DNA of 63,690 nucleotides, counting the filler, from Octopus bimaculoides (lineage: Eukaryota), in assembly GCF_001194135.2 (NCBI RefSeq). It is 5 parts of 4 records of this genome, joined end to end, with 100 filler letters (N's around TTAATTAATTAA, not from the genome) between each part and the next. Parts side by side here need not be neighbours in the genome. Positions count along the whole stretch, not along the records: positions 1 to 23,248 come from NC_068982.1; 4 more parts are not named here. The stretch is one strand, 5' to 3'. The notes under the pieces were generated by a model. That model did not search any database. It saw only the letters and a list, made by a program, of their open reading frames with translations, and was not told the origin of the DNA. The position numbers and the translations under genes were made by a program. Every line of letters begins with the position of its first letter. Positions within the stretch are counted from its first letter, which is position 1. Shown here in pieces: positions 1-13,822 of this stretch.

Positions 1-1399
1 AAATAAATAAAATATATATATATATATATATATATTACAGTTAAATGTTTATATATATACATATACTTATTAGTAAATATCTTTACAAATTGTCCTATAT
101 TGATAAGGCCTTTGGTTTGCTTTCTTACTCTTAGTAAATTCCTAATATATATACATATATATACTTTATTTGTGTATTAAGGTTACCATTAGTTTCATGT
201 TAAGAAAATAGCTTAACAATTTTTCCAGCCAATCACATGGAGAAATTAGTGTTCATCTTCATTTTGGCCAAACTAGATAGATAGATAGATAGATATTTTG
301 TTTGTTTTATGTCAGTTCTTCCTTGTTAGCATACCTTAGATATGTGTACCATTGAAGCATTGTTTTACACCCAGATGCCTTTCCTGTTGCTAACCCTTAT
401 CTGTTTCTCAGAGAAGGGATATCTTATTCCCCTCCTCTTTGGAAGTGCAAAACCAGCTGTCAACCTGTTGACATGAAAAATGACAGTAGTGCCACTGCCT
501 GTAGCTTAGCAATTTTCAGGGAAGCACAAACACACACACACATGCACATTCTTTCAGTTTCTGTCTATCAAATTCACTCACAAGGCTTTGGTCAGCTTAG
601 TAGGAGACACCCAAGCTGCTGAACCTAAGACCATATGGCAAGTGAGGAAGTGAACTTTTTAACCACATAGCCATAGCAACTAAATACATTTCCATCAAAC
701 TGACATAAAAGTGAAGGTAATATTATGTAGCATAAAACAGGAAAACAATAATGTGTATGTAGTGTATATATCTATAATAATAAATGTGAAATTCTGTCTA
801 TCTGGGACCCCTGTATCTCAGTCTACATTTGCTCTACACAGACATATTATACCTTCTTGGAATCAGGATGATCCTGGGATTGAAAATCTGCCCTTTATTT
901 GGTTCTTGAATATCCAACATTGGGATCTGATTTAAAAGCATTTGGGTTGCTATTTCTAGCAGGTAAAGCTTGGTTGATTCATGCCATCTTGGTTAACTTT
1001 TGTCAGATGACATCAGAGATGAAGGGGGAGAGAAATGACATTCACTTTGTTAATTTCATGTTGAGACAAATTGGCCAACAATTGGAATTCAACTTGGGAT
1101 TGGAACAATAGAATGATTGCATTACAGAATTAATTCCCATCTGTCCTTAACCTCTAATCAAACACCACTGAAGCATATAGTAATTATAGATGTATTATTG
1201 TCATGCTATTTAGGTTTCTGTAGTTTGGGACTACAGGCTCAATTAACCCTTTGCAGGAGCGTTTTGCATTCACGTGAACTCCCTACTCCTGCATCCTGGG
1301 CAATCCTCTACTATCCCATTTATATTCACATCCTTATATCTTGAGAGTATGCCCTAGCACATCACCACCATCTCTCTTGCTCTCTCTCTCTCTCATAAC

Positions 1400-1737
1400 C
1401 ATGTAACTCCTTTGTAGCCAAACACCAGTTTCTGCCCCTTTGTCATACTCTAACTTCTCATCACCTGGCACAAAGCCATCTCCTGCAGTACCACCCCCTC
1501 TCAAAGGATCTTTGCCTTGCAAGTTACTTAGCAACCTCACTGGTGCTAGTGCCATGTAAAGAGCACCCAGTCCACTCTGTAAAGTGGTTGGCAGTAGGAA
1601 GGATATCCAACTATAAAAACCATGCCAAAGCAGGCAGTAGGGCTTGGTATAGTCTCCTTGCTGGCCAGCTCCTGTCAAACCATCCAATACATGCCAGCAT
1701 GGAAGACAGATGTTAAACGGTGGTGATGATGATGACA
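1400..1737 (+). mobile_element. RTE-type 3' tail repeat ending in (GAT)n
   Basis: Contains GTGGTTGGCAGTAGGAAGGATATCC...CATGCCAGCATGGAAGACAGATGTTAAAC followed by (GAT)n; the same tail follows RTE coding sequence at 39043-39597; an antisense copy lies at about 15520-15910. Confidence 0.75.
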
Positions 1738-2232
1738 ATAATGACTGATAAATACATACACATGTACATAGATGCACAATAAAATTTTCAGGCTATTTAC
1801 AATGTTTACATTTAAGCTACATTTTAGTTTTATCCACAGACACAAGTGAATAAGTAGATGACGACATTAGAATGAATGTTCCAAAGTTGAATCTGTTTTG
1901 TGATCATGTACATATCCAAGAATAAGAACTTGATGACACTCAGACATTAAATCAATCGAAAGTGTCTAAATGTATACATTGTAACTATTATAAAGATTAC
2001 GATTTTCCAGACTAATAAGCTAATCTTACCAACTATTTGTCCCAGACATTTTGACATTGTTCTGTTTTTGTCTTGTTTAGTTCCAGAAAATTTAGTTCAA
2101 GTCATGTAGTGTAGTGAATCACAGGAATTATGGGATTGGAGAAATCTGTTTTGTTCTGTGACTGGCTTTCATTTTGTTAATGGGAGAAGGAGATTTTATA
2201 TATTAGCTAATTGGTACTATTACTTTGCCTCA

Positions 2233-2442
2233 AGTCAAATCTTTCTCAAATTACATATTAGATAATGTAACCTTAAGCAATGCATGAGAGAAGGAAAGGA
2301 TTGTTAAATTAGGAAGCTTTTGATGATAGGTCTCTTAGACAAGGGTTATCATCAAAAGCTTCCTAATTTAACAATCCTTTCCTTCTCTCATGCATTGCTT
2401 AAGGTTACATTATCTAATATGTAATTTGAGAAAGATTTGACT
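2233..2442. repeat. Perfect 96-bp inverted repeat with 18-nt spacer
   Basis: 2233-2328 is the exact reverse complement of 2347-2442 (checked base by base). Confidence 0.97.
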
Positions 2443-3743
2443 GGTATTTCTATCATGTTGAGCAATCTTTGTTGGCTTGTGTATTGGTTAAGTTTACTTG
2501 TCAGCAGGAAAAGAACAGAAAACTGTGTGTATGCATTCTGCTGTGGATGACTGGTATTTGAGAGTGTCATATTCTTTGCTTTAACTTTCAAGACAGTGGA
2601 GTTGATCTGAGTCCAGCAACATCCAATGAAGCCTTTCTGCTTCAACTTTTTTTTTTAATCCATAAACTATAGATGTACTTTGGAGAGTCTAGTGCCAAAC
2701 TTTGGTATTGAAAGCTATACCAATCCCTGAACTGAACACTACTGCATAGTATTGAAAGTACTACCTTCCCCATGCAGAATTAAGACCCAATATTGTAACC
2801 GCTAAGGGTTCAGAGGCCTACAACTTTTCAATATCTTACCTAAAAACTGAAGGGGGTTTACAAAATATAGACAGTAAATGAGTAAAGAGACATATATATT
2901 CATCTCTAAAGATGAGGTTAAGAATCTATGAAATGATAATATCTTACACCAGATATTTAGAGACAAAATATTATAGTTTCCTTTATATTTGGTTGGCAAT
3001 CAAAAATAAATCTTTCAAGGCCATTTTGTCTTGTTGCAAAAATTTTGAAGGTTTTTTTCCTTCATCAAGGACATATTTTATATCATACGTGCATTAGTAA
3101 ATGTTAACTGAAAGTGAGAGATGTGCATTCATTAAGTAGCTGAGAGTCTTGTTACTAGAGGCACTTACATTTTGTTGGTTGCTAGTTCAGAGCTGGAGAA
3201 TCTCAATTTATGAAGATTACTTCCTCTGTATATATATGTATTTTAGGAAAAGGAAATGAGAAGTTATGACAATCATATCTTCAATGAAGTTTAGAGGGGA
3301 TGTAATTGTCACTGCCCCAATCAGTTTACTTGAAATCTACCTCTTAAGTGCCTGTTATATATTGTAATTTGTATCTTCTATGATTTTAATTTGTTTTGTG
3401 TCATGTGGGAAAATATTGCTCATGGTTTACTAGTACTATTATTATTTAAAATAATGATTTCTAACGCAGGAACAAAACCATAATGGGGGTGCATTATTGT
3501 CAATTAGATCTAATCTGTTGCTCAGTTTAACATCACTACCTGGTCCTTGGATGTTTGTAGTAGAATCTACTCTTTTGTAAGCATTCAGACCTGGTCTAAG
3601 TTAAAAATGTTAACTCAATGCACAGTCCATGTGTTGCAGTTTCTGCATCCTTTCTTCACACCAGTTTCCAAAAGACTTCCTCTTCTGACTAATCCATAAC
3701 ACTGCTTCTTATTTTATTTCCACTGTTCAAATATTTCTTCCAT

Positions 3744-3774
<31 letters not shown>

Positions 3775-6700
3775 ACTTCTTTTCTCTCCCACACATCTTG
3801 CTTGCTCCACCCCTTTTGCAAACACATCTTCCTTGCTACACCTCCAAGACAGACATCATCTCTTCCTCTCTTTTTCACTTACACCTCTCCACACACACAC
3901 CTTCCTTGTCCCACCCTATTGTAGACACTCTCTTTCTCTGTCATATCTCTCTTTTTTTTTTTTTTGCTTCACCTCTGTTGCAAGCACTCTTTGCTCCACC
4001 CCTACAAAGATATCAAGTCCACCTCCTCTACCTCTTCATATATGCTTTTCAGATACTCCACAAGAAGCTAACTTTCTTTAAATTCTTCCATCACATCATT
4101 CGGTAGAACTAATTCCAAAGTTTTGTTTTATAACTTTAGTACCATTTGTTGTAAAAGAAAGTCAGACAACCCAATGTGGGAACCATTAATTATTTATCAT
4201 TAATTATATGGAAAAGTGCTGGTGTGGAGGACAGAGTGGGTAGTCGGTAACATTTACCTTGCTACGTCTACTCACCTGACATTCAGTCTTTTAACTGCCA
4301 CTTTTTCCCTGTCTTCAATTAACTGTTATAGAATGCCAAGAACTTATTACCAAGGTGTTGTTGACCTTTCTTTTTCCTACAGGATCAATGGGCTGGTATC
4401 AGACATCTGATAATGCTTCACTTATCTCCATTCCATGAATTATAATTGATTTGATCTTCTGTTTCTTGTGTTCTTGCTTTCTGTGATAAGTGAGGAGAAA
4501 ATATCAGAGGAAATCTAATTTATAAGTCGTTACTTGTATAAGATAATCACATACATACATCATCTGCATCAACATTACTATCACTTTTTTAATTCTACAG
4601 AGGCACCTCTCTATGGTCATTCTACCTGCTAGAAATATCAAACAAATTCTTTCTTGCCCTTGCCCTATCATTTTAAAAAAGAAGAACACTTTGCATAACG
4701 TAGTTCCCAATATACAAAAGATTGGGTGGTCACTGCTAGAATGCTTTTGATCATAGGTCTACTCAATCTTGGTTGATCTGGGAGCTAAACATCAACTACA
4801 GCATGGTTGTATCCTTTTTTCTGACAGTCCACCTCCTTCCAGTAAGATACCAGCTTGAACCAACTTCACCCAAATGCCTCCAGTGTTCACATTTCCTTGT
4901 TTACACCATTACGCACTGATTCTTATCTGAATTTATATTTTATGAATGAAATGCAAATATATCTGTGTAGAACTTTGGAAAACTATAAATCTTGCCCAAA
5001 TGATAAAGATTTAGTTCCAGATGTGGCACACACCAAAGAAGGTTTAGAGAATAAATATATTTAATGTTATACTTTGCTCATCCTCACTCTTTTGTTTTAC
5101 ATTTTATTATGAAGCAGGACAGAATCTGTATGGGCGATGTTAGCTTTAACTTATGAGTAATATTACCCTCAAGTAGCATGTTATGGTACCACCAACCTCC
5201 AGGTAATGTTATTCCAATTACAAGCAATATTACTCTCAAGCTACATGCCTGTAACTAGATTACAGGCATGTTACCTCAAAGTGCAAATAGTGTTTCTCCA
5301 GTTACAGGCAATGTTACTCCAACTAGTGCAATGTTGCTGTAAGTTACAAGACTTGCTACCCCATGCTACAAGCAATGTTAGTCCTTATCTATATGCAGGG
5401 TTACCCCACCAATTTAGTGTTTCGTAACATTTCACTTCAGGTTCCCACCTTACTTAAAAGATATATTTTTTGCTTTATTTTAAAATAACAAACATTGGGT
5501 TATAAACTAAGAAATTAATAAGTAAACTTTCTTTATTTTAATAAACTTATTCACCCTTTGGACTTGAAATTCTTCAGAGTAGGAGGGGGAATAAGTGCAT
5601 CCCTGTTGAGAAACACTGCCCTAGTCTACAGGCCATGCTACCACAATTATAAGTCATCTCGTGTTACCTATAAGTCATGTCAAGTTAGTGTTAATGTATT
5701 AAATGAAAGAAGGATGAAGAAGTTAACTAGAACTAATTATGTGATGAGGAAAAAAAAAATTTTAATGATTGACATTATTTTGATAACTTTGTTAAGTATG
5801 GGAGACAATTCCAAATATGTTCTGGATTTCACTGTACTTGTAGTAATGAAAGAACGACTAAGTAAATATACAAGATTGCACATTGGTTAACACAGAACAA
5901 TAAAATTGTTTAGAAAATAATAAATTCAAAGATGCATGAAAAACAGTAATTAAGTTAATGTTAACATATTTAACCCTTTTGATACCAACCCGCCTGAAAC
6001 CGCCTCTGGCTCTGTAGTACAAATGTCTTGCTTTCAAGAGTTCTGAATTAAAATGGCCTCTCTGAATAATTAGCACTAGAGGGTGCCCCAAGATGATTGA
6101 TAATGTTTTGACATCTATTTCCTAAAGAAAAGATTTTCCTGGGTATATTACAGTGAAAATGACCTTTTTGCAGGTCAAATATGTCACAAACATATTTGAA
6201 CTGATTTAAAAGTTTGTATACTATATAAAATATTTTTTTAAATATAAACAGTCTACAAGTTATGAATGTCCAACTTACAAGTATCTGTAGTTATGAACTG
6301 ACCTTCTTAAAGTTGCTTCTATTAAAAATATTAGATAAATGGTTGATAATAATATCTGGGCAGACTGCTTTGCAATAAACATCAAAACATTGCATGTTTT
6401 CAGTAGTTTGCTTGAGGAAAGACAAAGCTTGACTGTTGTTGTTTCAAGTCAAATCACGTATATAAACAGTTATGTGTGATATTCAGGTTGCCTAGTTTAA
6501 ATTTTTCTTTGCCTGCTCTTGTAACCACATCTGCAAATCATAAATTTGATAGAAGTGATAGTAATGCATAAAAATGGGGAAGTGGGGTAATCAAAATTTA
6601 AATGGAAATAATAGAGATAGAAGTAAAATGCCTACCAACATTGGGAATGTGTTCTGCTCTACTATCAGTCAATAATTTGTACAATTTTGAAAGACAAATG

Positions 6701-8119
6701 TAAAGGTAATGGAACATGTAAGGACTCTGATCCAATGAAAACTATGATTATTACTAAGCATGCAGTGGTTTAATTATTGGAATGGAAAAACTTCTAGCAA
6801 TTTGATTAGATCAAAATTAATGTCTAGCCTTGGTTTAGGGCATGATAAGCTCAAAGCCTTTTAAGGGATTTAAAAGTTGCATATGCTGCAAGTGAAGATA
6901 ATTATTAAAAAGTGTAGTTTAGTTCAATCATTTTAAAGAGATGCTAAACACAAACAGTACCTAGCAGTTCCATCATACTATCAGATACAAAAATAGAACT
7001 CATAATCTAGAGACTGCCTGTATGCTAATTTTCAAGCCTACAAATGTACAATATTATATGGCTATGTAGTGAATCCCTCAATATTTCCTTGGTAAGTACA
7101 GTGGAGTTGTTGATTTGCTAACAATACCAAAATGTATCCAGGGTTGACTCTTGTACTTGCTGAAATAATTAAAATAATATTTGTTAGTGAGGTGATGCTG
7201 TCTTTTATTCAATGATAAATGTTTCTAATTTGATTGTTAATGCTCACTCCATTATGTAGCACTGATATAACTATTGTTAGATTTAGATGATATCAATTCC
7301 AATAATATTTATAACCAGGCATGACATATATTGCAAATGAGCATTGCATTGATTGAACAATACCTTGTCAGTGCCTTCAGGGATGGTGGCTATTCAATCT
7401 CATTCATGGATGACTGAATTAAAACATATGATAAGAATTTCAAAAAACAGCTACCAGCTCATCAAAGGTGGAGGCCATCATATAAAAGTTATTTATATTT
7501 TAGTTTTGTTTTATCTGGAAAAATTTTATAGCATAATGAAAGAATTACAAAATTTAAATTCCATTTTAACAAATTATCATTCGATATTAAATATTCATAG
7601 GAATGGCTATTTACAACATGTGTAGCAGTAAATTGTATCTTTGTGCACACTGAAATTATGTTAAAAGCTAATTTAAATGGCAGATGTAATTCCTTCTCTC
7701 CATGATCTTTTAATTCCACATTAACTACATTAATTTCATATCAATCATCATCGCCATCATCTAATTCATCACTGCCATCTGTGTGCTAGCATCTATTTTT
7801 GCTGTTTTAATATGGGTTACACAGGTCAGCTATACAACACATATATATACATATATGTGTGTGTGTGTGTGTGTGTATACATATACACACATCATCATTG
7901 ATTTTAATATCGAGGCAAATTTTCTATGACCAGGTGCTCCTCCTGTCATCAACTCTCACCTTTTTTCAAGTAAGCTTAATATTTTCACAGAAGGCTGCAA
8001 GCAAATGCCATGTTTTTCTGAGAATAGTCACTTTGTTTACGATCAGTGCCAGATGTCAAGACAAGGAGGCATATACACACACATGCTTATATAAGTGTTT
8101 GTGGGTGTATATATATATA

Positions 8120-8157
<38 letters not shown>

Positions 8158-9920
8158 NNNNNNNNNNACATACATATATAGATAGATAGATAAGCTGGCA
8201 GGCAGGCATATACATACAGACACACACACATACACAAGGTCTTTTTCAGTTTCATCTACCAAATTCATTCAAGGCATTGGTTTCTTTGGAGCTATAGTAG
8301 GAAGCTCTTGTCCCAGATGTCACACAGTGAGGCTGAACCTGATGCAGACAAAACAATCATGTCTTTGTACACACACACACACACGCACTTATCAGAAAAT
8401 TTACTAATTAATCACTATATACGAAGCCCAATGTCAATGCCAAACAAATACGTTATCTTCATGATAGTTTCTGATAGTGAAGTGTTACAGGTGAAACATT
8501 AATTTCATTTGGATGTTCACTTGGGCTTTTACTATACATTATATTGTCATCATCAATCATCATCAACATTTAACATCCATTTTCCATGTTGGCATGAGTT
8601 GACTGGCTTGACAGGAACTGGCAAGTTCAGGGGCCATGTCAAGCTCCATAGTCTATTTTGGTTTGATTTCTAAGGTTAGCTGCCTTTCTTAATGCCAATC
8701 ACTTTACAGGGTATACTGGGTGCTTTTTTTGTGATACCATCACCAGTGCTTTTTACATGGTACCAACACCTGTCCCAATGCTTTTTATGTGCATCTCAGT
8801 TTTAGGATCTTAAATAAAAAAAAGTTATCATTTGTAATTTTTTTTGCTCCTTATGTCAAGTTTTTCTGTTTTATTTTATTTTTTACTTCACAAGATGAAA
8901 ATTCTTTTTTTATATTTTGCTGTTTACATTTGTATTTCTCAGTTTTCTTTGTTATCAGTTTGTTTTCTCTCTCCCTTGACTTCAGGCATCACATAGCGGC
9001 AGAAGCAATATTTTAGAAAAAACACATATTTATCTTCTTTACTGTTTTCATTCATAACATTTATACATACATGCACACACTTATGTATGAATACATTTAT
9101 TTTTCTCTGTAATTAACCAAACACCTTAAGTAGAAATAGATTTATATAAAGTAAACTCCTGGTGAGTGTAGTCTGCTACTTGAATCTTGTGAGGTGGCTG
9201 GAATTTCAACCTTTGCACATGTGCTGTATAAACTGATGTTGAGATAGACAACAAATAACTTTAAATAATATTAAGATATATGGAAAGTGTGTTTCTTGTT
9301 TCTGGTCCTCTGGCAACATATGCAAACAAACGCGCACGTACACACACACACACACACATTATTGTATACATGACTACATCTTTCAGTCAACGCTGCCTCT
9401 TTCTAAAATTATCATTAGTGTCATGTTGTCATTAAATCTCATCTCCTTTACCTTTACCTTTTACTTGTTTCAGTTATTTGATGTAACTATGCTGGGGCAC
9501 TAACTTGAAGGGTTTATTTAGTTGAACAAATGAACCCATTTCAGATATTTCATTATGTTTCTGGATGGAATATTTTTTACATTATATCAGTTCAGTTTGC
9601 TGTTCTCAGCCCTGACTGAGATCTATGAACAAAGGTATGTAGTCCTGTCTTTCATTTTAGGAAAACAGCCTTGATCATACTTAGGCTAAGTAAGTAATCA
9701 ATTACTGACACTGTGCAGTCTCAGGTCAGTCCTGATCAAATAGACCTATGGTTTGATCAAAAGTGTTCCAGCTATGAACATCCTCTTTTTTTTTCTTTTT
9801 AATTCAGTGTGTTCTTTTTTTTTTTTTTAAGACAGTATAGTGTGATTTCATGATAGTGTGGCTTCTATTTCTAGCAGGTCACACTACATAGAGGCCTTTA
9901 TCATAATTTTCTAGAGTGTG

Positions 9921-10146
9921 TTATTTCTTTACTACCTACAAGGGGCTACACACAAGAGGGGGACAGACAAACGGATTAAGTCGATTATATCGACCCCAGT
10001 GCATAACTGGTACTTATTTAATCGACCCCGAAAGGATGAAAGGCAAAGTTGACCTCGGCGGAATTTGAACTCAGAACATAGGGGCAGACGAAATACCGCT
10101 AAGCATTTCACCCGGCGTGCTAACGTTTCTGCTAGCTCGCTGCCTT
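9921..10146 (-). mobile_element. tRNA-derived SINE, family C (AGGCGGCGAGCTGGCAGAAACGTTAGCAC head)
   Basis: Minus strand has a B-box-like GAGTTCAAATTCC; near-identical to copies at 29679-29892 and 57730-57897. Confidence 0.85.
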
Positions 10147-10296
10147 ATTTTCTAGGGTGTGTCTGTGCTAAGTGGAATCGATAGTGTTATTGTGATGGTC
10201 TTAGAGTAGTAATTTTTTGATTGTTTGAGATTGATTGAGCAGATACTATATACTCAACCTGCTAGAAACAGTTGCCAAACTTTTGTTTGCACAGTA

Positions 10297-10668
10297 TTTA
10301 TTATTATTGTCTTTGCACAGCTTCTGATGCTGGAGATGTACTATTGTGTCAGCTGTTCACTACCAGTGAACTAAGGTAATGCCCCTTATTTTTCGAGCAC
10401 CGTCCAGAGTATTCAAGCGGTTCCAAGCAGTGCTGTTTTCTGCAGGTGCTCCACCCTTATTGCAACCCCTATTTGTTCCATGTACTTCTTAAGATGTTCC
10501 CAGGGCTCCGACAATTATTGGTACTACTACCACCTTTTTCAGCAACCACAACTGCTTAACCTCCCAAGCTAACCTATTATATCTACCGGCTTTTCTTTCT
10601 TCCTTGTCGCATACCTTGTCAGCTGGACATGTTATATCTATGGTCCAGCATCATTTGCCGCCTTTCTC
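10297..10668 (-). mobile_element. 5'-truncated RLE-type non-LTR retrotransposon (R4/Dong-like), 3' end
   Basis: Minus strand reads CWTIDITCPADKVCDKEERKAGRYNRLAWEVKQLW...VVPIIVGALGT / LQKTALLGTA*IL..VLEK*, then a short 3' UTR and a (TAA)n tail; contains a frameshift and stops. Confidence 0.85.
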
Positions 10669-11193
10669 AATTATTATTATTATTATTATTATGGTGAGGT
10701 GTTAGCACTCCAGACAAAAGCTTAGTGGCATTTCATCCGTTTTTATGTTCTGAGTTCAAATTCTGCTAAAGTCAACTTTGCCTTTCATCCNNNNNNNNNN
10801 NNNNNNNNNNNNNNNNNNNNNNNNNNNNNNNNNNNNNNNNNNNNNNNNNNNNNNNNNNNNNNNNNNNNNNNNNNNNNNNNNNNNNNNNNNNNNNNNNNNN
10901 NNNNNNNNNNNNNNNNNNNNNNNNNNNNNNNNNNNNNNNNNNNNNNNNNNNNNNNNNNNNNNNNNNNNNNNNNNNNNNNNNNNNNNNNNNNNNNNNNNNN
11001 NNNNNNNNNNNNNNNNNNNNNNNNNNNNNNNNNNNNNNNNNNNNNNNNNNNNNNNNNNNNNNNNNNNNNNNNNNNNNNNNNNNNNNNNNNNNNNNNNNNN
11101 NNNNNNNNNNNNNNNNNNNNNNNNNNNNNNNNNNNNNNNNNNNNNNNNNNNNNNNNNNNNNNNNNNNNNNNNNNNNNTATATATATACATACA

Positions 11194-11225
<32 letters not shown>

Positions 11226-11506
11226 TGCATATACATCCATCAGGGCAGTGACTTGACAAAATTATTCAAATGTCAAAAGCAAATATAAAAACATGCCTTG
11301 TGATAATTTATTCCATATTTTTACATACTGAGTTCAAATCTCACCAAAGTCAATTTTAACTTTTCATCCTTCAAGAGTTGGTGAAATAAAATACCAGTCA
11401 AGTACTCAAGTTGATTTAATTAACTCACCCCTTCCCTTCAAAAAAATTGTTGGCTTTATGCCTAATTCTGAAATAGTTATTATTGTTGCTGTTGTTATCA
11501 TTGCAG

Positions 11507-11631
11507 CTGATATATACGATGATATATGTCCCAAAATTGAGAAGAACAACTTGGACTGTGAGTGTGTTGGTGGAGGAAGAATCCAGATTGAAAACTCCAA
11601 AAAGCATATACAGATATTTGGTTATTCTAAG
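11507..11631 (+). CDS. PHPT1: Phosphohistidine phosphatase 1 (Janus/Ocnus family), exon 2
   Basis: tcattgcag acceptor and AAG|gtatgt donor; encodes (A)DIYDDICPKIEKNNLDCECVGGGRIQIENSKKHIQIFGYSK, matching the PHPT1 pattern ADIYD...CECLGGGRI...IHVYGYS; 125 nt, phase 1 to phase 0. Confidence 0.95.
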
Positions 11632-12432
11632 GTATGTGAGATGTGTTGGCTTTCAATCCTTATCTTGTCTGTGATACAGCCAATTTTTAACAATCTATCC
11701 CCCTCCCTTCTCTTTGGCAACACATCAAATGATATACAAGAGTTTCAAAGTCAGCTCATCTCTGCACTATAACACTGTTATCTTCTACTGTGGCAGGGAT
11801 TTAAGGGGAACAATATTTGTAGATGTGTTTATGTAAATAATACCAGAAGATGATTTTTTTGTTGTGAAAACTAGTTACTAAGAGGGGAGAACATGTTGTT
11901 AAGGAGAATGGATTAGCTGACATTTTAAAAAACCCACATCCTATTAACATTTCCAAAACGTATAAGCTAGAAGAGAGAAATATTGCTGCAAATTTCTTGT
12001 TACATGTAGAACATGGAAAGCTATCTGCCTCATACACATATATGGATGTATGTGTATGTTTGTGTTCTTACTTTTGTATTTTATATATATGTATGAGATA
12101 TATATAATTATGTAGATAGGGTTTAAATCCAAGCTGTGTCCTCTCAAAGCACATCTGCTTATTCCAGTATTTCCAATCCATGTGTAAATTTTGCATTTAT
12201 ATGAGGTATGCATAAGAGTTGAAAATTCTAGGAAATATTTTTTGCAGGGTAACTATATATCATAACAGGAGAAACATGAAAGATATTGCCTATTAGAAAT
12301 TCTTCAAACAGAGAATTAGGTATTATTTGATTTGATTCTCTGTCTGAAGAATTTCAAATAGGAGATATACATGTTTCTCCTAAATGTACGACTTTATAAC
12401 TCCTATTAGCAAATTTGTCCAATCTCCTGTTT

Positions 12433-12474
<42 letters not shown>

Positions 12475-13822
12475 NNNNNNNNNNNNNNNNNNNNNNNNNN
12501 NNNNNNNNNNNNNNNNNNNNNNNNNNNNNNNNNNNNNNNNNNNNNNNNNNNNNNNNNNNNNNNNNNNNNNNNNNNNNNNNNNNNNNNNNNNNNNNNNNNN
12601 NNNNNNNNNNNNNNNNNNNNNNNNNNNNNNNNNNNNNNNNNNNNNNNNNNNNNNNNNNNNNNNNNNNNNNNNNNNNNNNNNNNNNNNNNNNNNNNNNNNN
12701 NNNNNNNNNNNNNNNNNNNNNNNNNNNNNNNNNNNNNNNNNNNNNNNNNNNNNNNNNNNNNNNNNNNNNNNNNNNNNNNNNNNNNNNNNNNNNNNNNNNN
12801 NNNNNNCACCCGCACAAGAGCCAGTCCAGGGGCACTGGCAATGATCTCGCTCGAAAATCCTACGACGGCCCTGCACATGTATATATATATATATATATAT
12901 ATGCATATATATCCATAGATAGATAGATAAAGAGGTGGGGGAGTGGTGACAGTTAAAAAACAAGACTTTAACTGTCACATAACATCAATTTGCCATGCTG
13001 GAATGGTTTAACAAGAGCTAGCAAACCAGACAGCTCTGTTGTCTGCATACTGATTATAATCAGTAAATACACTAAAATAATGTTTTAATAATAATTAAAC
13101 ATTATTTTAGTTTATATAATTACTTACCATTCAAATAAAAAGAGAATTTTTTACTCTTTTAAATGATGTAAGTTTAAATGCGTGTTTTAATTATCATCAT
13201 AATCTTCATCATCATTTGACAGTCTTTTAGGCTTATTGACAGATATCAGAAATAGTGATCAAGTTTCTCATGAAATATACCTTCTATATATTTCAGTTGA
13301 TTTTGAAAATAATTAAGAATTTGGAAGTGTTTCATAAGAATAACTAAATTTATAATTAGATAGATGAATGGAACATAACAAAAGATTTTCTGTAAAATAA
13401 TGGGACAGTTTTTGATTTAAATATGAACAATTTAAACTGAAGGATTTTAGGAGGGTTGTCTTGCTGCTATTTCTAGCAAATTAAGGGACTTTATCATTGT
13501 TACTAATTTTGTCGTCGTTTGGCCCCTAAGCAGTACAGCTGTGGCTATTCCCTCTTATTTTCAGTGTAACTACATTATTGAATGTACCCTTCTTTTTTAA
13601 AAATGATAAAATGTAATATGGGAAAGATTTGGCTGTTGTTTTTTACAGTTTGGGTGACCACTTTGGCTCATTGTAGTTGTAAGAGGGGTGGAGTAACAGT
13701 TATATATTTTAAATGCCATGTAAACTTTTCAAATAAAACTTCATGACGTTGTGTGTGTGTATGTTTGTCAGTGGTAAGTTATGAACTGATCCTTAAATGT
13801 TGATATTGTTGTCTATTTTCAG

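Noticed and set aside
4280-4325. Kinase-like EKVAVKRL on the minus strand
   Set aside because: No glycine-rich loop in frame and stops immediately upstream; likely chance
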